Source of the DNA: Candidatus Woesebacteria bacterium
GTDB taxonomy: Bacteria; Patescibacteriota; Microgenomatia; UBA1400; UBA12028
Assembly: GCA_018060955.1 (NCBI GenBank)
Contig: JAGOVC010000001.1
Coordinates: 5,558-69,557 of the forward strand
Reading direction: 5' to 3'
DNA length: 64,000 nucleotides
A program made the translations under genes and the position numbers. The notes below the pieces were generated by a model. It saw only the letters and a list, made by a program, of their open reading frames with translations, was not told where the DNA came from and ran no database searches. Every line of letters begins with the position of its first letter. The first letter of the stretch is position 1. Of this stretch, positions 46,389-56,220 are shown one piece after another.

Positions 46389-47771
46389 TTACTTTGTTCG
46401 AAAAGATAACTCTTTAAAAGAAATAGTCCGAGTGACGAATAAAAGCAAGAGGTAAATTAGTCCCATAAAGAATGCAGCAAAGATCCAGTTGGGTTTAAGT
46501 AGTAGCGCTACCAGAGCAGAAACGGTAATACACAGTGCTGGAGCAACAATTGCACGTAGTGGAAGTGAGTGCCCAACAAAATGCCGAAGGAAGAAAAATC
46601 CAATGAGTTCACACAGAAGTGTGGCTAGTGCCGCTCCTTCAACTCCGAATACAGGAATTAACAAGAGATTTAATCCAATATTGAGAATTGTGAGAAAAGC
46701 AAGCACTTTGGTATGGATTTTTTCTTTTCTTCCGGTGTACATAAAATACGACAGCGGTGCATTCAAATACAACACTATAATTGTCAATCCAAAAAGCTGG
46801 AGAACAGGTGCTGCGCTGGCATAGTCAGAGCCAAATGCTGTTAACATCACTTCTTTTGCAAAAAGAAGACAACAGGCAGCAATGTAAAACGCCACGACGG
46901 ATAAGTATCGAGTGGCCAAGAATAGTGAACGGGTGAGCTTTTCATCTTCCTTATCCGCGTAGAGTTTGGTCAATGTCGGAACGGAGACTGCAAGAATAAT
47001 TCCAGGAAGAATTACAGCCGCATCCATCAATCGATACGCTGTACTGTACGGAGCAACCGCAGCGACTCCCAGTAAATGACGAATGATTAACATGTCGACA
47101 CGAAAATATAAGATTCCAAAGACACTTAACATGAAAAGTGGGAGTGATTTTGAAATGACCTGGACTGACTTTTTTAGGTCAAATTTCGGAGGTTTGAAAC
47201 CTCCTGTCCAGATATTTGACAAGGCTATCGCAACGATTTTTCCGATAATGAACAGGACAAATACCATCAGGAGTTTACCTCCCAGTAGAAGCACTGCAAT
47301 TCCACCCACATAGGCTACTGCTTTTTCACTGCCATCAATGATTGCGGTCAAATGGAACCGATCTCTAGCAGAGAGAAACATTTTATTAAGTTGCAGATAT
47401 CCGTCCAGGAGAAAGTACACATAGGCCAAAAGAAACTCTAAACTGACAAAACGATCGATAAAGAAAACGTAGATGAACAATAAAATACTCACTGGGATTG
47501 TTAATAGGATCCGTGTGCCCAGCAAAAGCTGTCGTTCTTTCTCGAAATCTTCAGGATTGGTGCTCCAGTGCCGTAAAAAATAGGTCGGAATGCCTAATTC
47601 AATAAAAAGATTGACAATGACTAAAGTGGAGAAGATGTAACTGTATACTCCAAACTCAAATTGGCTTGTGGCCTTAATGAGTACGACCGTAAAGACAAAC
47701 CCTAAAATGTTTGAGACAATCTGATAGACCGTTTGGACACCTGCGTTGCGTACAATAAGCTGTTTGTTCAT
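46389..47771 (-). CDS. wzx: Wzx-type flippase (MOP/PST family).
   Basis: 460 aa with about 12 TM segments. The N-terminus VRNAGVQTVYQIVSNILGFVFTVVLIKA...FGVYSYIFS is typical. Confidence 0.8.
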   Translation of the reverse strand: MNKQLIVRNAGVQTVYQIVSNILGFVFTVVLIKATSQFEFGVYSYIFSTLVIVNLFIELGIPTYFLRHWSTNPEDFEKERQLLLGTRILLTIPVSILLFIYVFFIDRFVSLEFLLAYVYFLLDGYLQLNKMFLSARDRFHLTAIIDGSEKAVAYVGGIAVLLLGGKLLMVFVLFIIGKIVAIALSNIWTGGFKPPKFDLKKSVQVISKSLPLFMLSVFGILYFRVDMLIIRHLLGVAAVAPYSTAYRLMDAAVILPGIILAVSVPTLTKLYADKEDEKLTRSLFLATRYLSVVAFYIAACCLLFAKEVMLTAFGSDYASAAPVLQLFGLTIIVLYLNAPLSYFMYTGRKEKIHTKVLAFLTILNIGLNLLLIPVFGVEGAALATLLCELIGFFFLRHFVGHSLPLRAIVAPALCITVSALVALLLKPNWIFAAFFMGLIYLLLLFVTRTISFKELSFRTK

Positions 47772-47812
47772 CTGGAGTCATTATAGCGAAGATCAATACC
47801 ATTCTAAAGACC

Positions 47813-49117
47813 ATGAATACGAAGTCTGTTATACCAATTGGTGTTTTGTTAATTGTCGATAAATTGGATTTAGGGGGTGGCGCCCGAAGAATCAAAGTTT
47901 ATGCGGACATGCTTGACCGATCACACTATACCCCAGTGGTGGTGTTTCGGACATCGGTCATTCATCGAGATGTTGACTCCGTGATTGGGAAAGACACTCC
48001 ACGACTGCACTCATCGGACCCAAAGCAAATTGCTCAATTTGCTGCGAAGCATGCAGTGAAGGTTGCGTACTGTTGGTATGACGGAAAGTTTCATCAGGAT
48101 TTATTTGACCTGCTGATGCAACTCAAAAGAAACAAGATTGCTGTGGTAGCAAACAATGTGTTCTCCTACGTAGACACCCGCATGGATAGTTTGTGTGATG
48201 TGGTCGTCTTTCAAACAAAATTCATGATGTATAAATTTGTACGTCAACTAGATAAGAAACCACGTCAACTCAAGAAATATGTGGTGCTACCAAATCCTGT
48301 TCATGATGTGTACAGCGGACAATTTGCCTTAAATTCTCAACAACTGCAAACAAAACGATCGAGCTTAGGATTTAGTGAGAAGGATGTGGTATTTGGAAGA
48401 TTCGGTCGTAATGATATCGTCAAATGGGGTGATAGCTTGACAGGGGCTATGCTGTCTCATTTGCATCATCCTTCGGTTAAATTTTTGATAGTTGGAATGC
48501 CACGCTCCCGACGATGGCTATTCGCATTTCTTCGTTTCTTGGATCCTACCATTAGTCAGTCGATCAAAATTCTGCCTCCTACTTCCAGTGACAGAGAGCT
48601 CTTTGAGCTTATGCAGTGTACCGATGTCATTGCCCATAGCGTCAAAATCGGAGAAGGTTGCTCCAACGCAATTAACGAAGGAATGTACTGGGGTAAAGCA
48701 GTAATCACTAATCCGACACCGCACTGTGATAACGGACAGGTTGAACAAGTAGCCCATGAGCAGTTTGGATTAATTGTTAGAGGGATGTCTGAATGGAATT
48801 CTGCTATTGAAAAGTTAGCAGCGGATGAACGGCTTCGAAAGCAATTCGGACGACATGCAAATGAAAATGTACTCTCGCAGATCACCGCAGAAAAGATTGT
48901 AAAGAAATTTGAAATGATTCTCGACCTTGCTCTTGGAGGGCATATTTCAAAGACGCTGATCTCACCTGACTCTGTAGAGTACAAAAAATTCGTGGAAAAT
49001 TATACTGAAAATGCCAGACTTTCTGGTTCTGTGCTTCCAGTTTCTTTACTAGGAAAACTAGGATCATTTCTACTTCGTGGATTTGCATACCTTGAGTTTA
49101 AATTCTTTAATGGATAG
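47813..49117 (+). CDS. Divergent GT-B fold glycosyltransferase-like protein.
   Basis: N-terminal LDLGGGARRIKVYADML resembles a GT4 G-rich loop. C-terminal IAHSVKIGEGCSNAINEGMYWGKAVI. Weak assignment. Confidence 0.6.
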   Translation: MNTKSVIPIGVLLIVDKLDLGGGARRIKVYADMLDRSHYTPVVVFRTSVIHRDVDSVIGKDTPRLHSSDPKQIAQFAAKHAVKVAYCWYDGKFHQDLFDLLMQLKRNKIAVVANNVFSYVDTRMDSLCDVVVFQTKFMMYKFVRQLDKKPRQLKKYVVLPNPVHDVYSGQFALNSQQLQTKRSSLGFSEKDVVFGRFGRNDIVKWGDSLTGAMLSHLHHPSVKFLIVGMPRSRRWLFAFLRFLDPTISQSIKILPPTSSDRELFELMQCTDVIAHSVKIGEGCSNAINEGMYWGKAVITNPTPHCDNGQVEQVAHEQFGLIVRGMSEWNSAIEKLAADERLRKQFGRHANENVLSQITAEKIVKKFEMILDLALGGHISKTLISPDSVEYKKFVENYTENARLSGSVLPVSLLGKLGSFLLRGFAYLEFKFFNG

Positions 49118-49167
49118 TTGATTGCCTCTTTGCAAATACACTGTCGAGTACTACACTTCAAGAACTT

Positions 49168-50166
49168 ATGAAGTCTATCGGCATCGTAGGAGTAGGATAT
49201 TGGGGGCCAAATTATGCTCGAATTCTTTCTGCGATGGACAACATACATTTCTCCTGGTGCGCTGACCTAAATGCGAATGCTCTTTCCAAAATGCAAAAAA
49301 ATTATCCTGATGTGAAGGTAACAACCTCAGTATCAGATCTTTTGAATGATGAAAGCCTAGATGCAGTGATCATCGTTACTCCGGCTCAGACTCATTTTGA
49401 ACTTGTCAAGCAATTTTTAATTGCTGGAAAAGATGTCTTAGTTGAAAAGCCCCTTACCACAACATCCAAAGATGGAGCAGAACTAGTAGCTTTAGCAAAG
49501 AAACATAAGCGGATTCTCATGGTGGATCATACGTTTGTCTTCAATCGCTCTGTGCAAGCTCTTAAAGCTGCAATCGATGCAGGGAGCCTAGGGAAACTAC
49601 TTTATGCGCATGGTCAATACAATGCGCTTGGCCCAATCCGTTACGATGTATCCGCAATGTGGGATTTGCCACACTTGATCTATGTGGCTCAATACTTGTT
49701 CGGTGCACAAGCAAAACGAGTGTCTGCGGTTGGGAAATCCTACTATCAGAAGGATAAAGAAGACGTTGTTTTCCTGACGATGGAATTTCCAAATAAAATT
49801 CTCTTTAATCTCTCGTGCTCCTGGATTGATCCAGTTAAAGTTCGAAAGCTGACATTAGTTGGTGATAAGAAAATGGCATCTTTCGACGACATGCTGTCGG
49901 AGAAACTTACTTTTTTTGACAAGGGTGTGCAAACGCAAACGGATCCAAATTTTGCAAAGTTACAGTTAGTCGTACGCAATGGCGATATCACCACTCCATA
50001 CATTCCTCCCAATGAGCCGTTAAAGGATGCAGTTCTCTGCTTTCTCTCTGCATTAGAATCCAGAAAACTTGAACAGTCTACTGCTTTGGATGGTGTCAAA
50101 TTAGTTAGAGTCCTAGAAGCTGCACAAGAATCGTTATCACATTCTGGGGCTAGTATCGAAATATAA
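49168..50166 (+). CDS. Gfo/Idh/MocA-family NAD(P)-dependent oxidoreductase (WbpB-like sugar 3-dehydrogenase candidate).
   Basis: IGIVGVGYWGPNYARIL and the EKP signature (VLVEKPLTTT). Confidence 0.8.
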   Translation: MKSIGIVGVGYWGPNYARILSAMDNIHFSWCADLNANALSKMQKNYPDVKVTTSVSDLLNDESLDAVIIVTPAQTHFELVKQFLIAGKDVLVEKPLTTTSKDGAELVALAKKHKRILMVDHTFVFNRSVQALKAAIDAGSLGKLLYAHGQYNALGPIRYDVSAMWDLPHLIYVAQYLFGAQAKRVSAVGKSYYQKDKEDVVFLTMEFPNKILFNLSCSWIDPVKVRKLTLVGDKKMASFDDMLSEKLTFFDKGVQTQTDPNFAKLQLVVRNGDITTPYIPPNEPLKDAVLCFLSALESRKLEQSTALDGVKLVRVLEAAQESLSHSGASIEI

Positions 50167-50170
50167 CCAT

Positions 50171-50839
50171 ATGGACTCAGTAATTTATCAAAACGTTGTG
50201 ATCGGAAAGGGAGCCGTTCTTGAAGAGGGAGTAGTGATCGGGCGGCCACCGCATGGCAAAAAAGATGGGGAACTACCAACCATCATTGGAGAAAATGCAG
50301 TCATTCGAGCCTACACCATTATTTGTGCAGGTGTAACAATTGGCAACAATTTCCAAACCGGACCGCATGTGTTTATTCGTGAACAAAACACAATTGGAGA
50401 CAATGTCTGTATTTGGGCGAATGCTGTAATCAACTATGACAACCATATAGGTAATGATGTTCGACTCCATGTTGGATCATTTATTGAGAAGACCAAAATT
50501 GGCAATCATGTCTTTTTCGGTCCACATGCCGTGTGTACGGATGATCCACACCCGGTAATGCCTCCTGATTATTCTCAATGTTGGAAGGGTGCAACGATTG
50601 GTGACGGAGCGATCATTGGCGCAAACAGCACAATCTTGCCACATGTCACTATTGGGAATGGCGCTGTTATTGGAGCTGGTAGCGTGGTTACTAAACCTAT
50701 CCCTGAATTTACTGTGGCAGTGGGTAACCCTGCAAAAGTGATGAAGTTTGTAGAAGAAATTGTCTGCTCACGTTGTGGAAAGAAACATAAACCATATGAA
50801 CACTACAGGAGTACCTATGCAAATGATTCCATTCGTTGA
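50171..50839 (+). CDS. Hexapeptide-repeat N-acetyltransferase (WbpD/PglD-like candidate).
   Basis: Tandem [LIV]G hexapeptides ([15 protein letters not shown]...[31 protein letters not shown]). There is a C-terminal [14 protein letters not shown] tail. Confidence 0.8.
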   Translation: MDSVIYQNVVIGKGAVLEEGVVIGRPPHGKKDGELPTIIGENAVIRAYTIICAGVTIGNNFQTGPHVFIREQNTIGDNVCIWANAVINYDNHIGNDVRLHVGSFIEKTKIGNHVFFGPHAVCTDDPHPVMPPDYSQCWKGATIGDGAIIGANSTILPHVTIGNGAVIGAGSVVTKPIPEFTVAVGNPAKVMKFVEEIVCSRCGKKHKPYEHYRSTYANDSIR

Positions 50840-51929
50840 TTTAAAGGCACAGTACCAAACCATAAAGAAAGACATGGATCAGGCTATTCTTGATCTAGTA
50901 GGATCAACTCAATTTATACTTGGCAGTGATGTGGCAGCTTTCGAACAAGAATTCTCAGCTTATTGCTCAGTGAAGCATACCGTTGCCGTCTCATCTGGAA
51001 CTGAAGCGCTTATATTAGCGTTGCGGGCACTGGAAATTGGACCAGGTGACGAAGTGATTGTCCCTGCAAACACCTTCATTGCAACTGCTCTGGCTGTATC
51101 GTATGTAGGAGCAAAACCAGTTTTAGTAGATGCGGATGATCAAAACTACAACATGGATCCAGAACATGTAGTCCGTGCCATTACATCTCAGACAAAAGCA
51201 ATCATGCCAGTCCATTTATATGGTCAGCCAGCAGATATGACACCTCTGCTTAAAATTGCAAAAGAACACAAGCTGTACGTCATTGAGGATGCATGTCAAG
51301 CTCATGGGGCTGAGTACAAAGGTAAACGAGTTGGAGGAATCGGAGATATTGCTGCATTTAGCTTTTATCCCGGAAAGAACTTGGGAGCCTATGGGGACGG
51401 TGGTGCGGTCACGACCAACAACAAGAAACTGTTTGACCGGGTTACACTTTTGCACAATTATGGCCAGAAGGTAAAGTACCATCACGAAGTCAAAGGAACG
51501 AACAGCAGACTCGATACAATCCAGGCAGCAGTCTTACGTGTAAAGTTACCACATCTTGATGCTTGGAACTCCAAACGACAAGAAATTGCACAGCAGTATG
51601 CTCAAGGGTTGGCAAACCTTCCGATCACTCTTCCGGCCATCGATAAAAATCGCACCCATGTGTTTCATATTTATGCGATTATGACGACCAAACGCGACAA
51701 GCTGCAACAACACCTCCATGAAAAAGGGATTAGCGCTCAGATCCATTATCCAGTCCCAATTCATTTACAAAAGGCGTACGCAGAGCTACAGCACGGCAAA
51801 GGGGACTTTCCGGTGAGTGAATATCTGGCCAGCCATGAATTAAGTTTACCAATGTATGCAGAAATGACAGAAAAGCAGGTTCACACTGTGATTGAAGGGA
51901 TTCGTTCATTCTTTTCAGCAAATGCGTAA
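50817..51929 (+). CDS. DegT/DnrJ/EryC1/StrS-family PLP-dependent sugar aminotransferase (WbpE-like candidate).
   Basis: AGGAG 6 nt upstream of the ATG at 50817. [14 protein letters not shown], and [18 protein letters not shown] with the Schiff-base Lys intact. Confidence 0.8.
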   Translation: MQMIPFVDLKAQYQTIKKDMDQAILDLVGSTQFILGSDVAAFEQEFSAYCSVKHTVAVSSGTEALILALRALEIGPGDEVIVPANTFIATALAVSYVGAKPVLVDADDQNYNMDPEHVVRAITSQTKAIMPVHLYGQPADMTPLLKIAKEHKLYVIEDACQAHGAEYKGKRVGGIGDIAAFSFYPGKNLGAYGDGGAVTTNNKKLFDRVTLLHNYGQKVKYHHEVKGTNSRLDTIQAAVLRVKLPHLDAWNSKRQEIAQQYAQGLANLPITLPAIDKNRTHVFHIYAIMTTKRDKLQQHLHEKGISAQIHYPVPIHLQKAYAELQHGKGDFPVSEYLASHELSLPMYAEMTEKQVHTVIEGIRSFFSANA

Positions 51930-51955
51930 CGCTGTCACCCAACTATCAACTCGTT

Positions 51956-52771
51956 ATGCGTGATCAACAGAGTATTACTGCCTGTATCGTGACTCATAAT
52001 GATGGCCATCAAATCGAGAAGTGCCTGAAAAGTATCGTTAAAGTCTGTGATGAAATTCTCCTCACGCACGACGGTCCATGTTCGGATAATACCCTTATAA
52101 TCGCTAAAAAATATGGCTGTGTGATCACACAGGCCAAGGCTTTAGGATTTGCAGAGCCACATCGTGCGACGCAATTTAAAAAGGCCAAAGGGGCTTGGAT
52201 CCTTGTGATTGACCCCGATGAGTATCTTTCCGATGAACTACAAAAGAATTTGAAAAGACTGGTGAAGTCTGATGCAGCGGATGCATATTTCTTCTTATGG
52301 AGATTTTGGGATGGCAAACGCAATATCACCAAGAAGTGGCCACATCGAATTGGCGTGGTGAAGAAGACTTGCATGCGATATCTAGGCATTCAGCATACGG
52401 ATTGGACTCCCAGAGGACGATTGAAGCTGGTTGACTATGAGTTGTGCCACCGGCCGACGTACGATAACAATACTTGGAAAACATTCACAACTAAACATAC
52501 GAAGTGGCTCTCAATTCATGCAAAGCAAATCTTAACTCCAGTAGATCAGATTCCACAGTTTCAGTGGAATAGTACGCTGCTTCCAAAGCATCTCGAGTGG
52601 ATTAAGCGCTATGACCTGTGGATTGCGCCGTTTATCTTTATTTACTTTATAGCTGGCGCTTTGATACTATCCTTTAGAACTGAAGGATTTAGACTTTGGA
52701 AATGGGCGTTTTTTCAAGCATTCTATTACTTTCTATTGTGTTTTGAAGTGAGTCGTTTAAAGCGGTCTTAG
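51956..52771 (+). CDS. Family 2 glycosyltransferase; paralog set D, with a C-terminal TM segment.
   Basis: See the alignment with 32974. VIDPDEYLSD. Confidence 0.8.
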   Translation: MRDQQSITACIVTHNDGHQIEKCLKSIVKVCDEILLTHDGPCSDNTLIIAKKYGCVITQAKALGFAEPHRATQFKKAKGAWILVIDPDEYLSDELQKNLKRLVKSDAADAYFFLWRFWDGKRNITKKWPHRIGVVKKTCMRYLGIQHTDWTPRGRLKLVDYELCHRPTYDNNTWKTFTTKHTKWLSIHAKQILTPVDQIPQFQWNSTLLPKHLEWIKRYDLWIAPFIFIYFIAGALILSFRTEGFRLWKWAFFQAFYYFLLCFEVSRLKRS

Positions 52772-52782
52772 CAAAAAGTTTC

Positions 52783-54258
52783 TTATCGTGTGAGTCGATA
52801 AACAGCCACAACACCATGATTGGTCTGTACCTTTTCGAGCAGCTCCTTTTTAGTTGCTCCAAACTGTGTTGTTTCCCAATTTGTAGAAACTAACGGGTCT
52901 TTGGTACCCTCCTCTTGAATGTAGTAGAGGACTTGAGCTTTTTCATAGGACTGTTCAAATACTGGTTGGTATCCTGCCTTTTCTAGCAAAAAACGATATT
53001 CATATCCGATACCAGTTAGCCTGTCTGAACTATCTTTAAAAATCGTAAAGGAAGTTGGCTGAGTTGAATCAATATCTGCCCTGATTCGATCTACAACAAA
53101 CTGAATATTTTCCTGCGTTCGAAAGATTTCAGGAAAACGAAGATTCCTCCATTGCGATAACGTAAGGAGGAGGATCACCACTACAATTAGAAAACGCGGT
53201 CGAACTTGTGACGCAACGGCAGCAGTCCACAATAAAAACAGTGTCATCGGTATCAACAGGTAGTAATCATATAAATATCCACTATATAAAAGAAGCATGA
53301 TGATACTTCCAAGCGCTGAAAGCGACAGAGTAAAGATAGTTACGTTAGCAAAAAGTGAACTTCTCTTAATTCGCATTCCAATTCCGAGAAGGCCTAATAA
53401 AACGATCGAAAGCAATTTGTTTTGAAGAGTGAAACTTACGATACGATCAAGTTTTTCAATGAAGGATAAATGCGGATGATTGGCTGCAATACCTTTTCCT
53501 GCAGCTGAATCCAACAAATACTGGAGGAAGGCCTTGGATGTAATAAAGTGATGACTGATGTCAAACACAATCAACGGACTGATCATCACGATGATTCCTG
53601 TTGCAAACAGCACAGCCGCGATAATCTTGCGCTGAAAAGTACCTCGTGTCTGATATAGCAACAACAGCCCAACGGCAGGTAGAAGCAGTAGTGCACTGAA
53701 GTGAACATGAAAGAATAATCCAAAGACTAAACCAGCAATAAAAAACCATCGATACTGCTGTCGTTTGATTGCTTCCAAATACACTCCAAAAAAAAGAACA
53801 GTGACAAGCGGCATCATGGGTTGATTTGTCGCTGTTCGACTTGCAACTACAAGTGCAGGGTGAGTACTAGCAAGTAGAGCAAAAAGAATTCCTGCAAATG
53901 CAGAAAGGTGTCGGCGAAGCACAAGATATCCAACTACAACCGTGAAAACGCCCATCAAGATAAACGTGAGAACCATCATCGGCGGGTGCAACCCAAACAG
54001 TAGGTACACGACAGCGATACCGTAAAAGTAGAGGGGGGCTAAATAGAAGCCTCCAACACTAGCTTGAGGACCAAGCAGGGTTAGATCACCGCGCATGATT
54101 CGGAGTGCAAAGAGTGAGTCTCTGCCAAAATCGCTATCAAATGCAATCGAATTTGCAAAGTTCTGAGATCTAAAATATAGGGCAGCGATAGTAAACAGCA
54201 GTACAAGGAAAATATCTCTGCGTTGCACCTTCGAAAGTATGTCTCTAAATATTCTCAT
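52783..54258 (-). CDS. Polytopic membrane protein, GT-C-like; 'GDLxxxGPxxS' paralog family.
   Basis: FDSDFGRDSLFALRIMRGDLTLLGPQASVGGFYLAPLYFY is shared with the genes at 21855 and 26410. Confidence 0.75.
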   Translation of the reverse strand: MRIFRDILSKVQRRDIFLVLLFTIAALYFRSQNFANSIAFDSDFGRDSLFALRIMRGDLTLLGPQASVGGFYLAPLYFYGIAVVYLLFGLHPPMMVLTFILMGVFTVVVGYLVLRRHLSAFAGILFALLASTHPALVVASRTATNQPMMPLVTVLFFGVYLEAIKRQQYRWFFIAGLVFGLFFHVHFSALLLLPAVGLLLLYQTRGTFQRKIIAAVLFATGIIVMISPLIVFDISHHFITSKAFLQYLLDSAAGKGIAANHPHLSFIEKLDRIVSFTLQNKLLSIVLLGLLGIGMRIKRSSLFANVTIFTLSLSALGSIIMLLLYSGYLYDYYLLIPMTLFLLWTAAVASQVRPRFLIVVVILLLTLSQWRNLRFPEIFRTQENIQFVVDRIRADIDSTQPTSFTIFKDSSDRLTGIGYEYRFLLEKAGYQPVFEQSYEKAQVLYYIQEEGTKDPLVSTNWETTQFGATKKELLEKVQTNHGVVAVYRLTR

Positions 54259-55210
54259 ACAAATCTTTGTGATCTAGATACCATTCCACAAACTGATTCA
54301 GCCCTCTTTCAAGAGAAAAATTAGGCTGATATCCTAAACGACGTTGTGATTTTGTTAAATCCGCCCATGTTCGATCCACATCCCCGACGCGTTTTGGAGT
54401 GATGTTAAGAATAGCCTCTTTTCCTAAAAGTCTTGACAGAGTATTGATAAAAGTTTGAAGCGAGCTCGGCTGATTATTTCCTAAGTTGTATATTTCAAAT
54501 GAATCTTGAACATCGATTGCTGCGATGAGTCCAGCAATAACATCATCCACATAGGTGTAATCGCGTTGTGTATCCGTAGATCCAAAAACTGAAATCGGTT
54601 TGCCTTGATCGATTGCACGGGTAAAAAGAACGGGTGCCATATCCGGCCTTCCTGAAGGACCGTACACTGTAAAGAAACGAAACAACTGCAGTGGTAAACC
54701 ATAAACTCGATGATAGGTTTTACAGACGACTTCCATTGCACGTTTACTACCTGCGTAGGGTGACACTTGATTTTCAACTCGGTCAGATTCTTTAAAGGGA
54801 ACTTTAGTATTACTTCCATACACGGAGGAACTGGAAGCTATTAGAACTTTGCTCACATTAAATTTACTTGCTGCATGTAACACATGTTGGGTTCCGAGAA
54901 TATTTGTTTGGAGGTACTCTAATGGATGTTCGACACTGTTACGGACACCAGCTTTAGCCGCTAAATGAAAAATAATGTCAGGATGCAATTTCGAAACCGC
55001 TTGAAGCACTGCGGCCGTATCGCAGATATCTGCTCGTATGCACTCGTGCAATCCCTTGTGTTGTAACAAGGAAAGGTTATACTCCTTTAGCATTACAGGG
55101 TAATAGGGATCAAAGTTATCCAGAATTGAGACGGAGTGACCCAACTCAATCAACGCTGATGATAGATGAGAGCCGATAAAACCAGCTCCTCCTGTAACCA
55201 TGATACGCAT
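54245..55210 (-). CDS. NAD-dependent nucleotide-sugar epimerase (UDP-glucuronate 4-epimerase-like).
   Basis: MRIMVTGGAGFIGSHL, NFDPYYPVMLKEYNL, YAGSKRAMEV and the hallmark RFFTVYGPSGRPDMA. The start is at the internal Met (plus-strand CAT 55208-55210). The ORF-track N-terminal extension to 55303 would overlap the divergent gene. Confidence 0.8.
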   Translation of the reverse strand: MRIMVTGGAGFIGSHLSSALIELGHSVSILDNFDPYYPVMLKEYNLSLLQHKGLHECIRADICDTAAVLQAVSKLHPDIIFHLAAKAGVRNSVEHPLEYLQTNILGTQHVLHAASKFNVSKVLIASSSSVYGSNTKVPFKESDRVENQVSPYAGSKRAMEVVCKTYHRVYGLPLQLFRFFTVYGPSGRPDMAPVLFTRAIDQGKPISVFGSTDTQRDYTYVDDVIAGLIAAIDVQDSFEIYNLGNNQPSSLQTFINTLSRLLGKEAILNITPKRVGDVDRTWADLTKSQRRLGYQPNFSLERGLNQFVEWYLDHKDLYENI

Positions 55211-55256
55211 GATGTGAGTGATCATATCATTAATTAGATTGACGATGCACAGTGTT

Positions 55257-56216
55257 ATGAAGCAGAAGTCTATTACTGTCTCAGTGATCATTCCGGCATA
55301 CAACGAAGCTGGAAATCTCCCGGTTTTGATCCCGCTGGTTGTGAGTGAATTAAAGAAGTCATTACGAAAAAACGAAACCTACGAGCTATTAGTGATCGAT
55401 GATGGGAGTATTGATGAAACGCCCAAACAGTTGAAAACGTTGCAACAAAAGTATAAAGAATTGTATTCGATCAGATTTTCACGAAACTTTGGCCATCAGT
55501 CTGCATTAATGGCTGGACTTGAACTCGCAGTTGGAGAATGTGTGATAAGTATGGATGCAGATTTACAACATCCTCCTAAGTTGCTTAGTACTCTGCTATT
55601 GCACTGGCGAAAAGGGAAAAAAGTAGTCTATACGGTGCGGCGAGATCCGGATTCAGCATCGATCCTCAAACGGTTTTCCTCAAGGTTCTTTTATATAGTC
55701 TTTCGATTCTTATCAGGAGTGAGTTTAGATCCTGGTGTTGCAGATTTTAGGCTCCTTGATCGAAAAGTTGTAGATGTGGTAAAGACAATGAGTGAGTCAA
55801 CAATGTTTTTACGAGGAATCATTGCGTGGGCAGGATTTGATTCTGTTGCAGTGCCCTACATAGCTTCCAAAAGATTTAGAGGAACATCACAATATACCAT
55901 CATAAAGATGTTAAAACTTGCCGTAGGTGGAATCACATCCTTTAGTGTGCGTCCACTGTATATGATGGTAGTTTGTGGAATTTTGTTATCTGTAGTTTCA
56001 GGAATGTATGGAGTCTACGCAGTAATCATGTTTTTGCTGTATGGAAAGTTTGTTTTGCCCGGCTGGGCTTCAATCATTTCTAGTGTCTTATTTATTGGTG
56101 GCGTACAACTGATCTTGCTGGGAGTTGTGGGCATCTACATTGGTAATATCTATATCGAAACTAAGAGGCGTCCGCGATATATCATTGATAGCATCAATGC
56201 AAAGAAGGTAAAGTGA
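55257..56216 (+). CDS. Polyprenyl-phosphate glycosyltransferase (ArnC/GtrB/DPM1-like GT2 with C-terminal TM helices).
   Basis: VSVIIPAYNEAGNL, LLVIDDGSIDET, FSRNFGHQSALMAGL, MDADLQHPP, and two C-terminal TM helices. The start is at the ATG at 55257 (the ORF track shows a GTG at 55218). Confidence 0.8.
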   Translation: MKQKSITVSVIIPAYNEAGNLPVLIPLVVSELKKSLRKNETYELLVIDDGSIDETPKQLKTLQQKYKELYSIRFSRNFGHQSALMAGLELAVGECVISMDADLQHPPKLLSTLLLHWRKGKKVVYTVRRDPDSASILKRFSSRFFYIVFRFLSGVSLDPGVADFRLLDRKVVDVVKTMSESTMFLRGIIAWAGFDSVAVPYIASKRFRGTSQYTIIKMLKLAVGGITSFSVRPLYMMVVCGILLSVVSGMYGVYAVIMFLLYGKFVLPGWASIISSVLFIGGVQLILLGVVGIYIGNIYIETKRRPRYIIDSINAKKVK

Positions 56217-56220
56217 ATGT

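Noticed and set aside
48556-48984. Antisense ORFs of 142, 79 and 70 aa inside the GT4-like gene at 47813-49117.
   Set aside because: These are shadow ORFs on the opposite strand of a coding region with no independent support.
49746-50279. A 177-aa antisense ORF spanning the end of the MocA oxidoreductase and the start of the acetyltransferase.
   Set aside because: It opposes two well-supported overlapping genes and has no motifs.
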